From positions 480,001 to 544,000 of the forward strand of contig JALSOH010000004.1 in the NCBI GenBank assembly GCA_026986575.1: a stretch of DNA of 64,000 bases, given 5' to 3'. The notes under the pieces are model-generated. The model made no database searches, had not been told where the DNA came from, and was given only the letters and a program-made list of their open reading frames with translations. The DNA comes from Thermoproteota archaeon (GTDB lineage: Archaea; Korarchaeota; Korarchaeia; Korarchaeales; Korarchaeaceae). Position 1 is the stretch's first letter; each line of letters opens with the position of its first letter. The translations under genes and the position numbers were made by a program. Positions 19,518 to 28,816 of the stretch are shown here, piece by piece.

Positions 19518-19949
19518 TCAACCCTCTCCCTTCAACTTCCTGACCACCACCACATTCTCTATTCTCGTGGTCGGGTAATTCCCACTCTCATCCTTCTCCA
19601 AGTATTTCACCATATCCCAGACGGTCAAGAGCGCCGCCGATGCTCCTGTCAGGGCCTCCATCTCTACTCCCGTCTGGGAGGTGGTTCGAACTGTTACTTC
19701 CACCCATACTCTCTCCTCCTCTAGACTGAAACTGACGTCGACGGCTGTTATGGGGATCGGATGGCAGTACGGGATGATCCTCGGCGTGTCCTTGACTGCC
19801 TGCACGGCAGCTACCCTAGCCACGGTAAAGACATCACCCTTCTTCACTTCACCCGCTCTTATGGTCTCTATAGTCTCTTTCCGGAGCCTTATGCTTCCCC
19901 TAGCTACAGCCTCCCTGTAAACGTGAGGTTTGCTCGTTATATCGATCAT
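19518..19949 (-). CDS. moaC: Cyclic pyranopterin monophosphate synthase
   Basis: MIDITSK, KKGDV, IPYCHPI, TGVEMEAL and WDMVK motifs. Confidence 0.95.
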   Translation of the reverse strand: MIDITSKPHVYREAVARGSIRLRKETIETIRAGEVKKGDVFTVARVAAVQAVKDTPRIIPYCHPIPITAVDVSFSLEEERVWVEVTVRTTSQTGVEMEALTGASAALLTVWDMVKYLEKDESGNYPTTRIENVVVVRKLKGEG

Positions 19950-20394
19950 CTGAACCGCCTCCCCACCTCAATTGCACTTCCTCCACCCAGCGCTCCCCTC
20001 CACCGATGAAAACCTCCTTCTTCCAGATGGCGGCGCTCCTCTTCACCTCGTCTACCATCCACCTCGCGGCCTCAAAGGCAGCTTCCCTGTGCTCCGAGGC
20101 AGCGATGACGAGGAGGGCAGTTTCACCGACCGGGACCTCCCCCACTCTGTGGAGGATGGTGGCATCCACCAAGCCGAACTTCTCTATAGCCTTCCTCCTT
20201 ATCTCCTCCAACGCCCTGCCTGCCATTTCGGGGTAGAAATCGTAATAGAGAAATTTCACCCTTCCATGAAGAGACTTCTCCCGTATCACACCCCTAAACG
20301 TCACGATAGCCCCTACTTCAGTCCTACCCTCAGCTACCGATCTAATTTCGGCCTCCTCGTCTATAGGTCCCTCAACGATCCCAGATCTTCCCAT
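19900..20394 (-). CDS. moaE: Molybdopterin synthase catalytic subunit
   Basis: GAIVTFRG, HRVG, SEHREAAF and IWKKE motifs. Confidence 0.92.
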   Translation of the reverse strand: MGRSGIVEGPIDEEAEIRSVAEGRTEVGAIVTFRGVIREKSLHGRVKFLYYDFYPEMAGRALEEIRRKAIEKFGLVDATILHRVGEVPVGETALLVIAASEHREAAFEAARWMVDEVKRSAAIWKKEVFIGGGERWVEEVQLRWGGGSDDRYNEQTSRLQGGCS

Positions 20395-20634
20395 CTAACC
20401 ACCCGAAAATGTGGGTAGTATCGCTATAATATCCCCTCCTGATACCCTCTTGCTTAGATCCCTCTCTAAGGAGTGGTTGACTGCCACCATAACCCTGCCC
20501 TTCAAAATCAACTCCACGAGTTCGGGGTTCAGACCGTTGAGTAGATCCTCTATCGTACCCTCGAACTCTAGAGACTTTTCCCTCCATCCGAACCTCTCGG
20601 CTATCCATCCGTAGAGCCTCATCCTGACCATCAC
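20395..20634 (-). CDS. moaD: MoaD/ThiS/SAMP sulfur carrier
   Basis: 79 aa with VAVN and C-terminal LPTFSGG. Confidence 0.88.
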   Translation of the reverse strand: MMVRMRLYGWIAERFGWREKSLEFEGTIEDLLNGLNPELVELILKGRVMVAVNHSLERDLSKRVSGGDIIAILPTFSGG

Positions 20635-21828
20635 TCACACCAGCTCTATAGCTATGCTCTGTCCCCCACCACCGCCGTGGCATATCGTAGCTAGGCCCTT
20701 CCGTCCACCCTTTATCTGCAGGGCGTTTATCAGTGTGATGACTATCCTAGCCCCGCTATCGCCTAGGGGATGGCCTATAGCCACGGCTCCACCAAACACA
20801 TTTAACCTGTCCATTGGTATGCTCAGACCCCTCGCCACGACGAGGCTGGCCAAGGCGAATGCCTCATTGTGCTCGTAGAGGTCAAAATCCTCTATCCTCA
20901 TGTTAAGTTTCTTGAGAAGCTTCTGGGTAGCCGGAATAGGGGCCTCAACGAAGTCCTTCGGCTCCACTCCCGCAGAGGCGAATCCGAGGATCCTAGCTAT
21001 GGGTTTAAGGCCCTTCTCCTCGACTACATCTCTGTGAGCCAGCACTAGGGCTGCAGCACCATCGCTGAGCTGGGAGGCGTTGGCGGCGGTTATGGTCCCG
21101 TCGGGCCTGAATACGGGCTTCAGCCTAGCTACCTTCTCTAGGCTTGTGTCCGGCCTTATGCCCTCATCTTTATCCAAGATCACCTCGTCGCCCTTCGTCA
21201 CGGGCTCTATCTCCTTAGCGAAGTATCCTTTCTCCGTCGCCTCTGCCGCCTTCATGTGGCTGCTAACTGCGAACTCGTCGGCTTCCTCCCTAGTTATGCC
21301 CCACTTCTTCCCTGTCTCCTCAGCCTCTTCCCCCATGAGGAGCCCGGTGTGGGGATCCGTCAGACCGTCGTGGACCATTATATCCATAAGCTTCTCCCCG
21401 GCGAAGGCGAACTTCACCCCCCATCTCCACTTCGAGGGCAGGGTGTAGGGCGCCATGCTCATGCTCTCCATTCCACCGGCCACCACAACCCTATTCTCCC
21501 CGAAGACTATGCTCTGGGCTGCAAGAGATACGGCCTTCATGCCCGAGGCGCACACCTTGTTGACCGTGAATCCGGGAACGGTGCTCGGTATGCCAGCAAG
21601 TATCGCCGCCTGCCTGGCCGGATTCTGGCCAACCATCGCTTGGAGGACGTTCCCCATTATCACTTCATCTACATCACTGGGATCGAGGCCTGATCGTCTG
21701 ACAGCGGCCTCTATTGCTACGGCCCCGAGCTTTGGGGCCGGCCAAGTCTTCAGACTCCCACCAAACTTGCCTATAGGTGTTCGAGCGATACTAACGATGA
21801 AGACATCCTCCAAACCCATGGGCATCAC
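20635..21828 (-). CDS. Acetyl-CoA C-acetyltransferase (thiolase)
   Basis: NKVCASG, NEAFA and GHPLGDSG motifs; C-terminal CHGGG. Confidence 0.95.
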   Translation of the reverse strand: MMPMGLEDVFIVSIARTPIGKFGGSLKTWPAPKLGAVAIEAAVRRSGLDPSDVDEVIMGNVLQAMVGQNPARQAAILAGIPSTVPGFTVNKVCASGMKAVSLAAQSIVFGENRVVVAGGMESMSMAPYTLPSKWRWGVKFAFAGEKLMDIMVHDGLTDPHTGLLMGEEAEETGKKWGITREEADEFAVSSHMKAAEATEKGYFAKEIEPVTKGDEVILDKDEGIRPDTSLEKVARLKPVFRPDGTITAANASQLSDGAAALVLAHRDVVEEKGLKPIARILGFASAGVEPKDFVEAPIPATQKLLKKLNMRIEDFDLYEHNEAFALASLVVARGLSIPMDRLNVFGGAVAIGHPLGDSGARIVITLINALQIKGGRKGLATICHGGGGGQSIAIELV

Positions 21829-21842
21829 CTATAACTCAAAAC

Positions 21843-23141
21843 TCACATACTTCTCAGGGCCTTCCATCCTAGCAGGAGGGCCGACAGGAGGGAGATCCCC
21901 TCCTCGGACAGCTCCTTCCTGAGGAAGGAGTAGAGGTTCTCCTTAGGCCTACCATCAACCAAGAAGAGGTGCTCCAGTGTTTCCACCGCTATCCTCGGTA
22001 TGGAGGAGTAGAGCCTTTCGTCCTCCATCAGATCAACCGCCTTCTTGGCGGCCTCTAACTCTCTAAGCATTCCCTTTGACAGGATCTCCTGATACCTGCT
22101 CAGAGATCTTGCCGAGGTATCCCCACTCTCTAGGGCGTGATGCACCGCCTCCGCTGCGGCTCTGGCGCTCTCGATGGCGAAGTCCATACCCCTGACTGTC
22201 ACGCCGTAGTTAACGCAGAAGCCAGCAGCATCGCCGACGACGACCATTCCATCGGTATAGAGCTTGACGCCCCGCATGAACTGGGTCTCGGGTATTATAT
22301 GGGCAGAGTATTCCACGAGCTTCCCTCCTTCCAAGTATCTCCTGATCATTGGGTGTGACTTAAACTTCTCTGTGATCTCCCACATGGCCGTTGATACCTC
22401 GGAGACTTTGGAGGCTAGGGAACCTATCCTCATCACCACGCCCAAGGAGATGCTCTCCTTATTGGTGTAGATGAACCCCCCGCCGACCACTCCCTCGGTC
22501 AGGTCTCCCACGTAGAGCTGAGCTGCTCCTTCATCCCCGGAAAGACAGAATCTGTCCTCTATAACCTCCTTAGGTAGTTCTATGACCTCCTTAGCACCGA
22601 CGGCGAAGTCCTCCTTGGATAGCCTCGGCCTGAGACCAGCCTTCTCCGCCATGAAGCTCAGAGCACCATCAGCTGCTATCACGACCTCAGCTTCCATCTC
22701 CTCTTCGCCCTCTGCCACTATCCCGACCACGCGGCCGTCCCTGATGAGGGGTCCCTCGACCTTGAATCTGGATATCACCTCAGCCCCGGCGTCCTCAGCC
22801 TTCTCAGCCAGCCACTGGTCGAACTTTGCCCTGAGCAGGGTGAAGCTCCTCCCCTCGGGCTTGGTGCTCAGTCTTATCTCCACACCCCTATCGCCATGAA
22901 GGAACCCTATGACCTCCTTCGTTACCTCTCTCTCTACAGGAGCCTCCTTCCAGAATTCCGGGAAGACCCTCTCTAACGACCAGGAGTAGAGCCGTCCTCC
23001 GAACATATTCTTGGCTCCAGGCCTCTTCCCTCTCTCCACGGTCAATACGGTGTACCCTCTCTTTGCTAAGAGGTAGGAGGCGACGGAACCAGCTGGTCCC
23101 GCTCCCACCACTATGACATCGAAGTCCGCCAACTCAGCCAC
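21843..23141 (-). CDS. fixC: FixC-like FAD-dependent ETF:quinone oxidoreductase
   Basis: GAGPAG, KNMFGG, EYSAHIIPE, VGDAAG and RGMDFA motifs; adjacent to etf genes. Confidence 0.88.
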   Translation of the reverse strand: MAELADFDVIVVGAGPAGSVASYLLAKRGYTVLTVERGKRPGAKNMFGGRLYSWSLERVFPEFWKEAPVEREVTKEVIGFLHGDRGVEIRLSTKPEGRSFTLLRAKFDQWLAEKAEDAGAEVISRFKVEGPLIRDGRVVGIVAEGEEEMEAEVVIAADGALSFMAEKAGLRPRLSKEDFAVGAKEVIELPKEVIEDRFCLSGDEGAAQLYVGDLTEGVVGGGFIYTNKESISLGVVMRIGSLASKVSEVSTAMWEITEKFKSHPMIRRYLEGGKLVEYSAHIIPETQFMRGVKLYTDGMVVVGDAAGFCVNYGVTVRGMDFAIESARAAAEAVHHALESGDTSARSLSRYQEILSKGMLRELEAAKKAVDLMEDERLYSSIPRIAVETLEHLFLVDGRPKENLYSFLRKELSEEGISLLSALLLGWKALRSM

Positions 23142-24048
23142 CCTTAATCTCCTTCAGCTTCTTAGTGAGGACGGGAAGGAACTCGTACAGGTCCATGACA
23201 ACCCCATAATCAGCCTGCTCGAATATGGGCGCCTTGGAATCCGTGTTAACCGCGACTACGACCTTGGAATCCATTATACCGGCGGCAAACTGCTGTTGCC
23301 CCGATGCCCCGACCACTATCAGGAGCTTAGGAGCTATCCGGACGCCGCTTATCCCTATCCAGACTTCCTCCTCCATCCACTTCAGGTCCGCAGCTAAGGG
23401 TCTGGTGGCGCCCACCACCCCTCCCAGCACGTCAGCCAGCTCGTAAGCTAATTTGAGGTCTTCCTTCTTCCTGAATCCCCTACCTACAGCTACGACGATC
23501 TCCGCCTTGTCGAGGGGGACACCGACTTTAGGCTTCTCTTTCCCCCCGATGACCTCAATCCTCCTCTCTACTGAGGGAGCGCCGACCTCCCTTACTGAGG
23601 GCTTACCCTCCTCTGGAGGCCTGAACTTACCTTTCTGAACTGATATCACAGCAGGAAGGCCCATCTCCTCCACGGCTATGGCCTTCCCTCCGAAGGTCAT
23701 CCTCTCGACTACGAGCTTCCCTTTCTCCACGGACAGGGAGGAGACATCTACTGCCGAGGAGGCTCCCAGCCTGTGGGCCACCTGACCCACTAACTCCCTG
23801 CCCCTTCTATCGCTGGCTAGGAGCACGACCTCGTAATCGCCCGCAAGCCCACTTATCAGCTCGACCAATCCCTCCTGATCCCCACTATCCATCTCCTTGC
23901 AGAGCAAGATCTCCTTGGCGCCCTTAACTTCGTTGATCCAGCCCTCCTGATCAGAGGTTACGAGAAGGGATACGTCTCCCAGTTCTCTACCGGCTGATAC
24001 AAGTTCGAGGGCTAGATCCATGGAATGAGAGAACGCTAGGACCTTCAT
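23134..24048 (-). CDS. etfA: Electron transfer flavoprotein alpha subunit
   Basis: VAVGRG, GATRPL, GISG, GASGQQQF and APIFEQADYG motifs. Confidence 0.92.
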   Translation of the reverse strand: MKVLAFSHSMDLALELVSAGRELGDVSLLVTSDQEGWINEVKGAKEILLCKEMDSGDQEGLVELISGLAGDYEVVLLASDRRGRELVGQVAHRLGASSAVDVSSLSVEKGKLVVERMTFGGKAIAVEEMGLPAVISVQKGKFRPPEEGKPSVREVGAPSVERRIEVIGGKEKPKVGVPLDKAEIVVAVGRGFRKKEDLKLAYELADVLGGVVGATRPLAADLKWMEEEVWIGISGVRIAPKLLIVVGASGQQQFAAGIMDSKVVVAVNTDSKAPIFEQADYGVVMDLYEFLPVLTKKLKEIKGG

Positions 24049-24060
24049 CCCATCACCCCC

Positions 24061-24843
24061 TCACAGGACACCTTCTTCCTTCAGGGCCTGAATCAGCTTT
24101 TCTGCCGCCTCCTCAACATCTCCTTCTATCACTATTCGCTTTCTCTCGACTTTGGGGACCTTTAACTCCCTAATCGTGAGTTTGGGCTCAACAGGAGGAG
24201 AGAAGTCCTTTTGGTCCATGGGCTTCTTCTTAGCCTTGACTATCTCGACTAGTTTAGGTACCCTAGGCTTGTTTATCTCCTGAGTAACGCTTATCACGGC
24301 TGGTAGTTTGACCTTCACCACTTCCTCGAAGTCCTCCAAGCTCCGGGTCACTTTCACGTAATCCCCCTCAACCTCGATGGCGGTTGCATAGGCCACGTAA
24401 GGCCAGCCGAGCTCGGCAGCCAGCCTGGCCGGAAGAAGGCCTGAGAAATTGTCCTCACTACCCTCAGCTGCCAAGACCAGTCCGAACTTGTCCCTTATCT
24501 CCTGAGCTAGGGCCTTGGCTATCATGTATGTGTCGCCTCTCTCTGCGCCCTCTCCCGTGATCAGCATCGCTCCATCTAGCCCCATGGCCAATACCCTAGT
24601 GAGAGCCTCCCTAGCCTCCTTTTGCCTCTTCCCCGAGGCGCCCCAGGTAGATAGCATGAGGGCTATGGCCTTTCCACCGAACTTCTCCTTCAGTCTGACA
24701 GCCTCCTCCGTAGCATTGAGCTCTATATCCCCCGCCTTCGTGGGAGCATCCTCTATGTAGATCTTTCCGGTATCTTGATCTACTCTGAGCTCCTGAACGT
24801 CAAGGGACTGCTTAACGAGGACGGCTATATCCATAATCGCCAC
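24061..24843 (-). CDS. etfB: Electron transfer flavoprotein beta subunit
   Basis: VLVKQ, EEAVRLKE, LAMGLD, LPAVISV and NKPRVP motifs. Confidence 0.9.
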   Translation of the reverse strand: MAIMDIAVLVKQSLDVQELRVDQDTGKIYIEDAPTKAGDIELNATEEAVRLKEKFGGKAIALMLSTWGASGKRQKEAREALTRVLAMGLDGAMLITGEGAERGDTYMIAKALAQEIRDKFGLVLAAEGSEDNFSGLLPARLAAELGWPYVAYATAIEVEGDYVKVTRSLEDFEEVVKVKLPAVISVTQEINKPRVPKLVEIVKAKKKPMDQKDFSPPVEPKLTIRELKVPKVERKRIVIEGDVEEAAEKLIQALKEEGVL

Positions 24844-24915
24844 CGCGCTGGCCCTAGACCGGAAATATCAAAAAGTTGATTAGTTAAACGGGAAGGCATG
24901 TTATGGTGCGGGACA

Positions 24916-25212
24916 ATGTCTAAGCTCTTCGGCCTCTCCATAGAGGACAAATTGGCCATGACTCACTTTGAGGTGGACGACAAGCCCCACATATGGATAA
25001 AGGACCAAGAAATCTGCAGAAAATGTTCTGAAAAGCCCTGTCAGGTAGCATGTCCGGCTAAACTGTATCAGTGGAATGAGGAGACTAAGGAGATGCTGTA
25101 TAACTATGAGGGCTGCCTAGAGTGCGGTACATGCCTCCTGATATGCCCTCATGATAACGTTCACTGGAGCTACCCTTCGGGAGGGATGGGGGTAGTCTAT
25201 AGATTCGGCTAG
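24916..25212 (+). CDS. fixX: FixX-like ferredoxin
   Basis: CRKC...C.VACPA, GCLECGTC...CP and WSYPSGGMGV motifs. Confidence 0.88.
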   Translation: MSKLFGLSIEDKLAMTHFEVDDKPHIWIKDQEICRKCSEKPCQVACPAKLYQWNEETKEMLYNYEGCLECGTCLLICPHDNVHWSYPSGGMGVVYRFG

Positions 25213-25295
25213 GATATAACATACTGATATTTTACAAACAGGAGCTGTCATAATTTTTAAGCTTCCCAACACACCCTACGCTAGGGTGCAACCCT

Positions 25296-26498
25296 TTGGT
25301 CGATTTAGGTTTCACTGAGGAGGAGGAAGTATTTAGGGAGACTCTTAGAGAGCTTCTCTCTGAGGTATTAGCCCCTAGGGCTAGGGAAATAGACACGAAG
25401 TGCAGGATTCCCGACGAGGTGATAAAGACCCTCGCGGAGAACGGCATCCTCCTTCTAACGGTCAAGCCAGAATACGGTGGTCAGGGAGCTAGCTGGGTTA
25501 TGGGGACCATAGCCACTGAGGAACTGGCTCGAGCCGATCCCAGCGTGGCCACAGCAGTGTTCCATCTGGTCGAGGCCTCTTGGGGGAAGATCGTCGAGAG
25601 ATACGCGAAGCCCGAGCTGGCGAAGGAGGTCCTGAGCAGAGCTGCTAAGGGAGAGGGATTCGTGGGTATAAACTCCACTGAGCCCCAGAGCGGCAGTGAC
25701 GTAGCTGGGTTCAAGACACTAGCCAAGAAGGAAGACGGTTACTGGGTGCTCAACGGCGAGAAAACCTTCATAAGCGGGATAGTTGAGGCCAAGGAACTCG
25801 ATGGAGGCTACGTTACTTTAGTGAAGACCAAGCCGGAGGCCGGATCGAGGGGAATGAGCATAGTCTGGTTACCAATAAATCTGCCCGGCGTAGAGACAGG
25901 CCTCTTTGAAGACATGGGCAGGTGCGGTATAAGCACGGGATGGATGAGGCTGAACAATGTCAAGATACCTGGAGATTACATAATAGGGGAGGTCAATGAG
26001 GGCTTCGGCATAGCTATGGAGGGATTCAACAGAGCGAGAGTCTTTGTGGCCGCAGGATGCACTGGCTCAGCCATGGGCATGTTCGACTACACCAAGGAGT
26101 ATGTGAAGAATAGAGTTGTGTTCAATAGATCCTTAGCTTCCTTCGAGGGAATACAGTTCCCGCTAGTTGACTACTACTCCAAGCTAGAGGCCACCAGACT
26201 GGTTATATACAAGGCCGCGTGGATGATAGACCAGTTCGATCAGGGCAATGTGACCCTGAAGGAAGCTGGACTATGGGCGGCCATGGCCAAGCTGCTAGCT
26301 CCAGAGCTTTCCGTAGATGCCATTAAGGAGTTCATGAAGGCTACCGGCGCTTACGGCTACACGAAGGACACACCGCTCGAGATGGCCTTGAGGGGAGTAA
26401 TGAGCTACTACGTGGGAGCGGAAGGCGGTCAGAACATAATGAGGCTGATAGTTGGAAGGTTCCTATTCGGAAAGGAGCATCTTCCGTACAAGAAGTGA
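25296..26498 (+). CDS. Acyl-CoA dehydrogenase
   Basis: TEPQSGSD, LNGEKTFIS, GEVNEGF and GAYGY motifs. Confidence 0.92.
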   Translation: MVDLGFTEEEEVFRETLRELLSEVLAPRAREIDTKCRIPDEVIKTLAENGILLLTVKPEYGGQGASWVMGTIATEELARADPSVATAVFHLVEASWGKIVERYAKPELAKEVLSRAAKGEGFVGINSTEPQSGSDVAGFKTLAKKEDGYWVLNGEKTFISGIVEAKELDGGYVTLVKTKPEAGSRGMSIVWLPINLPGVETGLFEDMGRCGISTGWMRLNNVKIPGDYIIGEVNEGFGIAMEGFNRARVFVAAGCTGSAMGMFDYTKEYVKNRVVFNRSLASFEGIQFPLVDYYSKLEATRLVIYKAAWMIDQFDQGNVTLKEAGLWAAMAKLLAPELSVDAIKEFMKATGAYGYTKDTPLEMALRGVMSYYVGAEGGQNIMRLIVGRFLFGKEHLPYKK

Positions 26499-26525
26499 GC
26501 TTGAGCTGAGTCACAAGCCTACATC

Positions 26526-26540
26526 CCTCTTTCTTTTTAA
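26526..26540 (+). terminator. Oligo-pyrimidine/oligo-T terminator
   Basis: CCCTCTTTCTTTTT tract shortly after the acyl-CoA dehydrogenase stop. Confidence 0.4.
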
Positions 26541-26589
26541 GTTAATCAGCTCCAGCAGGTCTCCTCAAAGGTGATTCAAGCTGCTGAGG

Positions 26590-26880
26590 GTGGAGGAAAT
26601 CTCCTTAGATGGGGTTAAGCTGATCGGAATAGAGGTGGACCTGCCTAACTCTCCACCACTCATCCTGATAAAGGGGAATAGGAGCTTCGCTATGTGCGGC
26701 TTCCTGAATGTGGAGGCCGCGGATAGGGCGGGAGTAGCGGCGATCATGTCCAGCGGCGTCAACAGCGTGGAAGATCTCCTGAATGCCCCAGTTAAAGGGT
26801 GCACCTCCAAGGCGTTGGAGATGGGTGCTAAGATAGGTGAGAAGGTCTCCGAGTCCCTGAGGAGGATGGAGATGGAGTAG
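26590..26880 (+). CDS. YunC/DUF1805 family protein
   Basis: LPNSPPLILI, AMCGFLNV and GVNSVEDLL motifs. Confidence 0.85.
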   Translation: MEEISLDGVKLIGIEVDLPNSPPLILIKGNRSFAMCGFLNVEAADRAGVAAIMSSGVNSVEDLLNAPVKGCTSKALEMGAKIGEKVSESLRRMEME

Positions 26881-26884
26881 GTGA

Positions 26885-28003
26885 GTGATGAAGTACAGAT
26901 GCATCAGGTGCGGTTACACGACTTCAAGCTTCTCCGCTGAGTGCCCGAGATGCGGATCCCCAATGGAGATAGTCTTGAATCGGAGGGAATGGTCGCTGGA
27001 CGAGGAGGAACCGTCCATATGGAGGTATGGATCTCTACTTCCCGATCCCAAGAGGAGGGTTAGCTTGGGTGAGGGACTCACGCCCCTCAGGAGGATCGAG
27101 GGCATACTCGTGAAGGATGAGACTAGGAACCCCACAGGCTCGTATGTCGACAGGGGATCCTCAGTCCTAGTCAGCTGCTCAGATCTACCCGAGGAGCTGG
27201 AGCTCGACTTCTCTCAGGATATAACGGTCTCCCTCTCCACCTACCTTCTCGAGTCCGGCATTAAGGTCAGGATTAGGGTGGATCCCAGCAGAGTGGAGCT
27301 AACAGAGCTGCTTTACCTCTCGAACTTGGATGTGGATATATCCTTCGATGGGAGCGGAGGAAGGGCGTATGAGAGCCCCTTCATGATAGAGGGCTTCAAA
27401 ACTATAGCTTTCGAGATATACGAGGCAAAGGGAGGAGCTGATGGTCTAGTCATTCCAGCGGAGTCAGGGGTCTTGGCATACGGGGTATGGAAGGGATTCT
27501 CCGAGCTGGAGGAACTGGGTCTGTCGAGGATCCCACCCATATACCTAGCTTATCATGGGACCGTCAAGACGGGACTTCTCGAGACCTTGGAGAGCAGAGG
27601 TGTGAGATTGGTTGAAGTGGACGCGGCAAGTGCACTAGAATCGTTGGTCCAGCTGGCGAGAAAGGGAGTGTACATCAAGCCAGTAGCTGCCAAAGCGTAC
27701 TCCCTAGCTAAGGAACTCGGGAGCGATGTGATAGCCGTACTCACAGGAACAGGCCTCAGGAAGTGGGAACACGGGGTGGTTGCGAGACCCCTCACTGAAC
27801 TCCAAGCGAGAGTGCTGGAGGTCCTCAGGGAGGGTGGGGAGATGACCGCCTATCAGATTTGGAGGAGATTGGATGACGTCTCACTCCAAGGCGTTTACAA
27901 GGCGCTCTCGAAGCTGGTCGAATCGGGGATGGTTGATAGTAGGAGCGTGATGATGAAGCGGAGGAAGATAAGGCTATATAGAGTCATGGAATCCAGTCGA
28001 TGA
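26885..28003 (+). CDS. Threonine synthase-like protein lacking the PLP lysine, with N-terminal Zn ribbon and C-terminal winged HTH
   Basis: CIRC..CPRC, IWRY, SLGEGLTPL, NPTGSYVDRG, EGFKTIAFEI and LTGTGL motifs, then LTELQARVL...TAYQIW...VYKALSKL..SGMV. Confidence 0.75.
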   Translation: MMKYRCIRCGYTTSSFSAECPRCGSPMEIVLNRREWSLDEEEPSIWRYGSLLPDPKRRVSLGEGLTPLRRIEGILVKDETRNPTGSYVDRGSSVLVSCSDLPEELELDFSQDITVSLSTYLLESGIKVRIRVDPSRVELTELLYLSNLDVDISFDGSGGRAYESPFMIEGFKTIAFEIYEAKGGADGLVIPAESGVLAYGVWKGFSELEELGLSRIPPIYLAYHGTVKTGLLETLESRGVRLVEVDAASALESLVQLARKGVYIKPVAAKAYSLAKELGSDVIAVLTGTGLRKWEHGVVARPLTELQARVLEVLREGGEMTAYQIWRRLDDVSLQGVYKALSKLVESGMVDSRSVMMKRRKIRLYRVMESSR

Positions 28004-28004
28004 G

Positions 28005-28649
28005 ATGGATCCCAAGGAGAAGCTCAAGGAATCCTTGGTGGACTTGGATGAAGATTCCTTCTTCGAAGCGCTCAAAGACCTATTAGCCCGGGGAGAGGAT
28101 CCTTGGGACATAATACTCGGTCCCATGAGCGAGGCCATGGATGAGATAGGAAAGCTCTACGAGGAGGGCGAGTATTTCATAGCGGAGATGCTCGTGGCGG
28201 CTGATATATTCAAGAAAGCCCTCAAGGAAATGGGTATCGAGGAATCAGATAGCGAGTCTTCCTTGGGAGTCGTGGTCATAGGTACAGTGAAGGGGGATGT
28301 CCACGACATAGGGAAGAGCCTAGTTGCCACGATGCTGAGGGCTTCAGGTTTCAAGGTAATAGATTTGGGGGTGGATGTGGACGCGGCAAGGTTCATCCAT
28401 GCTGTCAGGGAGCACGACGCAGATATAGTGGCAATGAGCTCCCTGCTAACGACTACTAGGAACTACATGAAGACCGTGATAGACAGATTGAAGGAGGAGG
28501 GTCTCAGAGACAGAGTGAAGGTGCTTATAGGAGGCCTGTCCACATCTAGGGAGTTTGCTGAGAAGATAGGAGCCGATGGATGGGGTAAAAACGCCATAGA
28601 AGGAGTAGAAGTAGCTAAGAGGCTTCTCGGCGTGCCAGCTAATGGATGA
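28005..28649 (+). CDS. Cobalamin-binding corrinoid protein (MttC/MtaC-like)
   Basis: Cap domain (GEYFIAEML), GTVKGDVHDIGK, SSLLTTT and IGADG motifs. Confidence 0.9.
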   Translation: MDPKEKLKESLVDLDEDSFFEALKDLLARGEDPWDIILGPMSEAMDEIGKLYEEGEYFIAEMLVAADIFKKALKEMGIEESDSESSLGVVVIGTVKGDVHDIGKSLVATMLRASGFKVIDLGVDVDAARFIHAVREHDADIVAMSSLLTTTRNYMKTVIDRLKEEGLRDRVKVLIGGLSTSREFAEKIGADGWGKNAIEGVEVAKRLLGVPANG

Positions 28650-28816
28650 AATGAACGAGAAGCGGCTTAACGTAACTCCCATTTTTCCGAATTACCTGAC
28701 TGATTCCTCCCACATCTCTCTATCCCGCATGGTATCGTGCGATGGAACGAGGGTCCATGGGGTCCGGTCATGGAACCGTAAACGACTTTTATAGTCAGGC
28801 GTAAGTTCCGGTTGAC

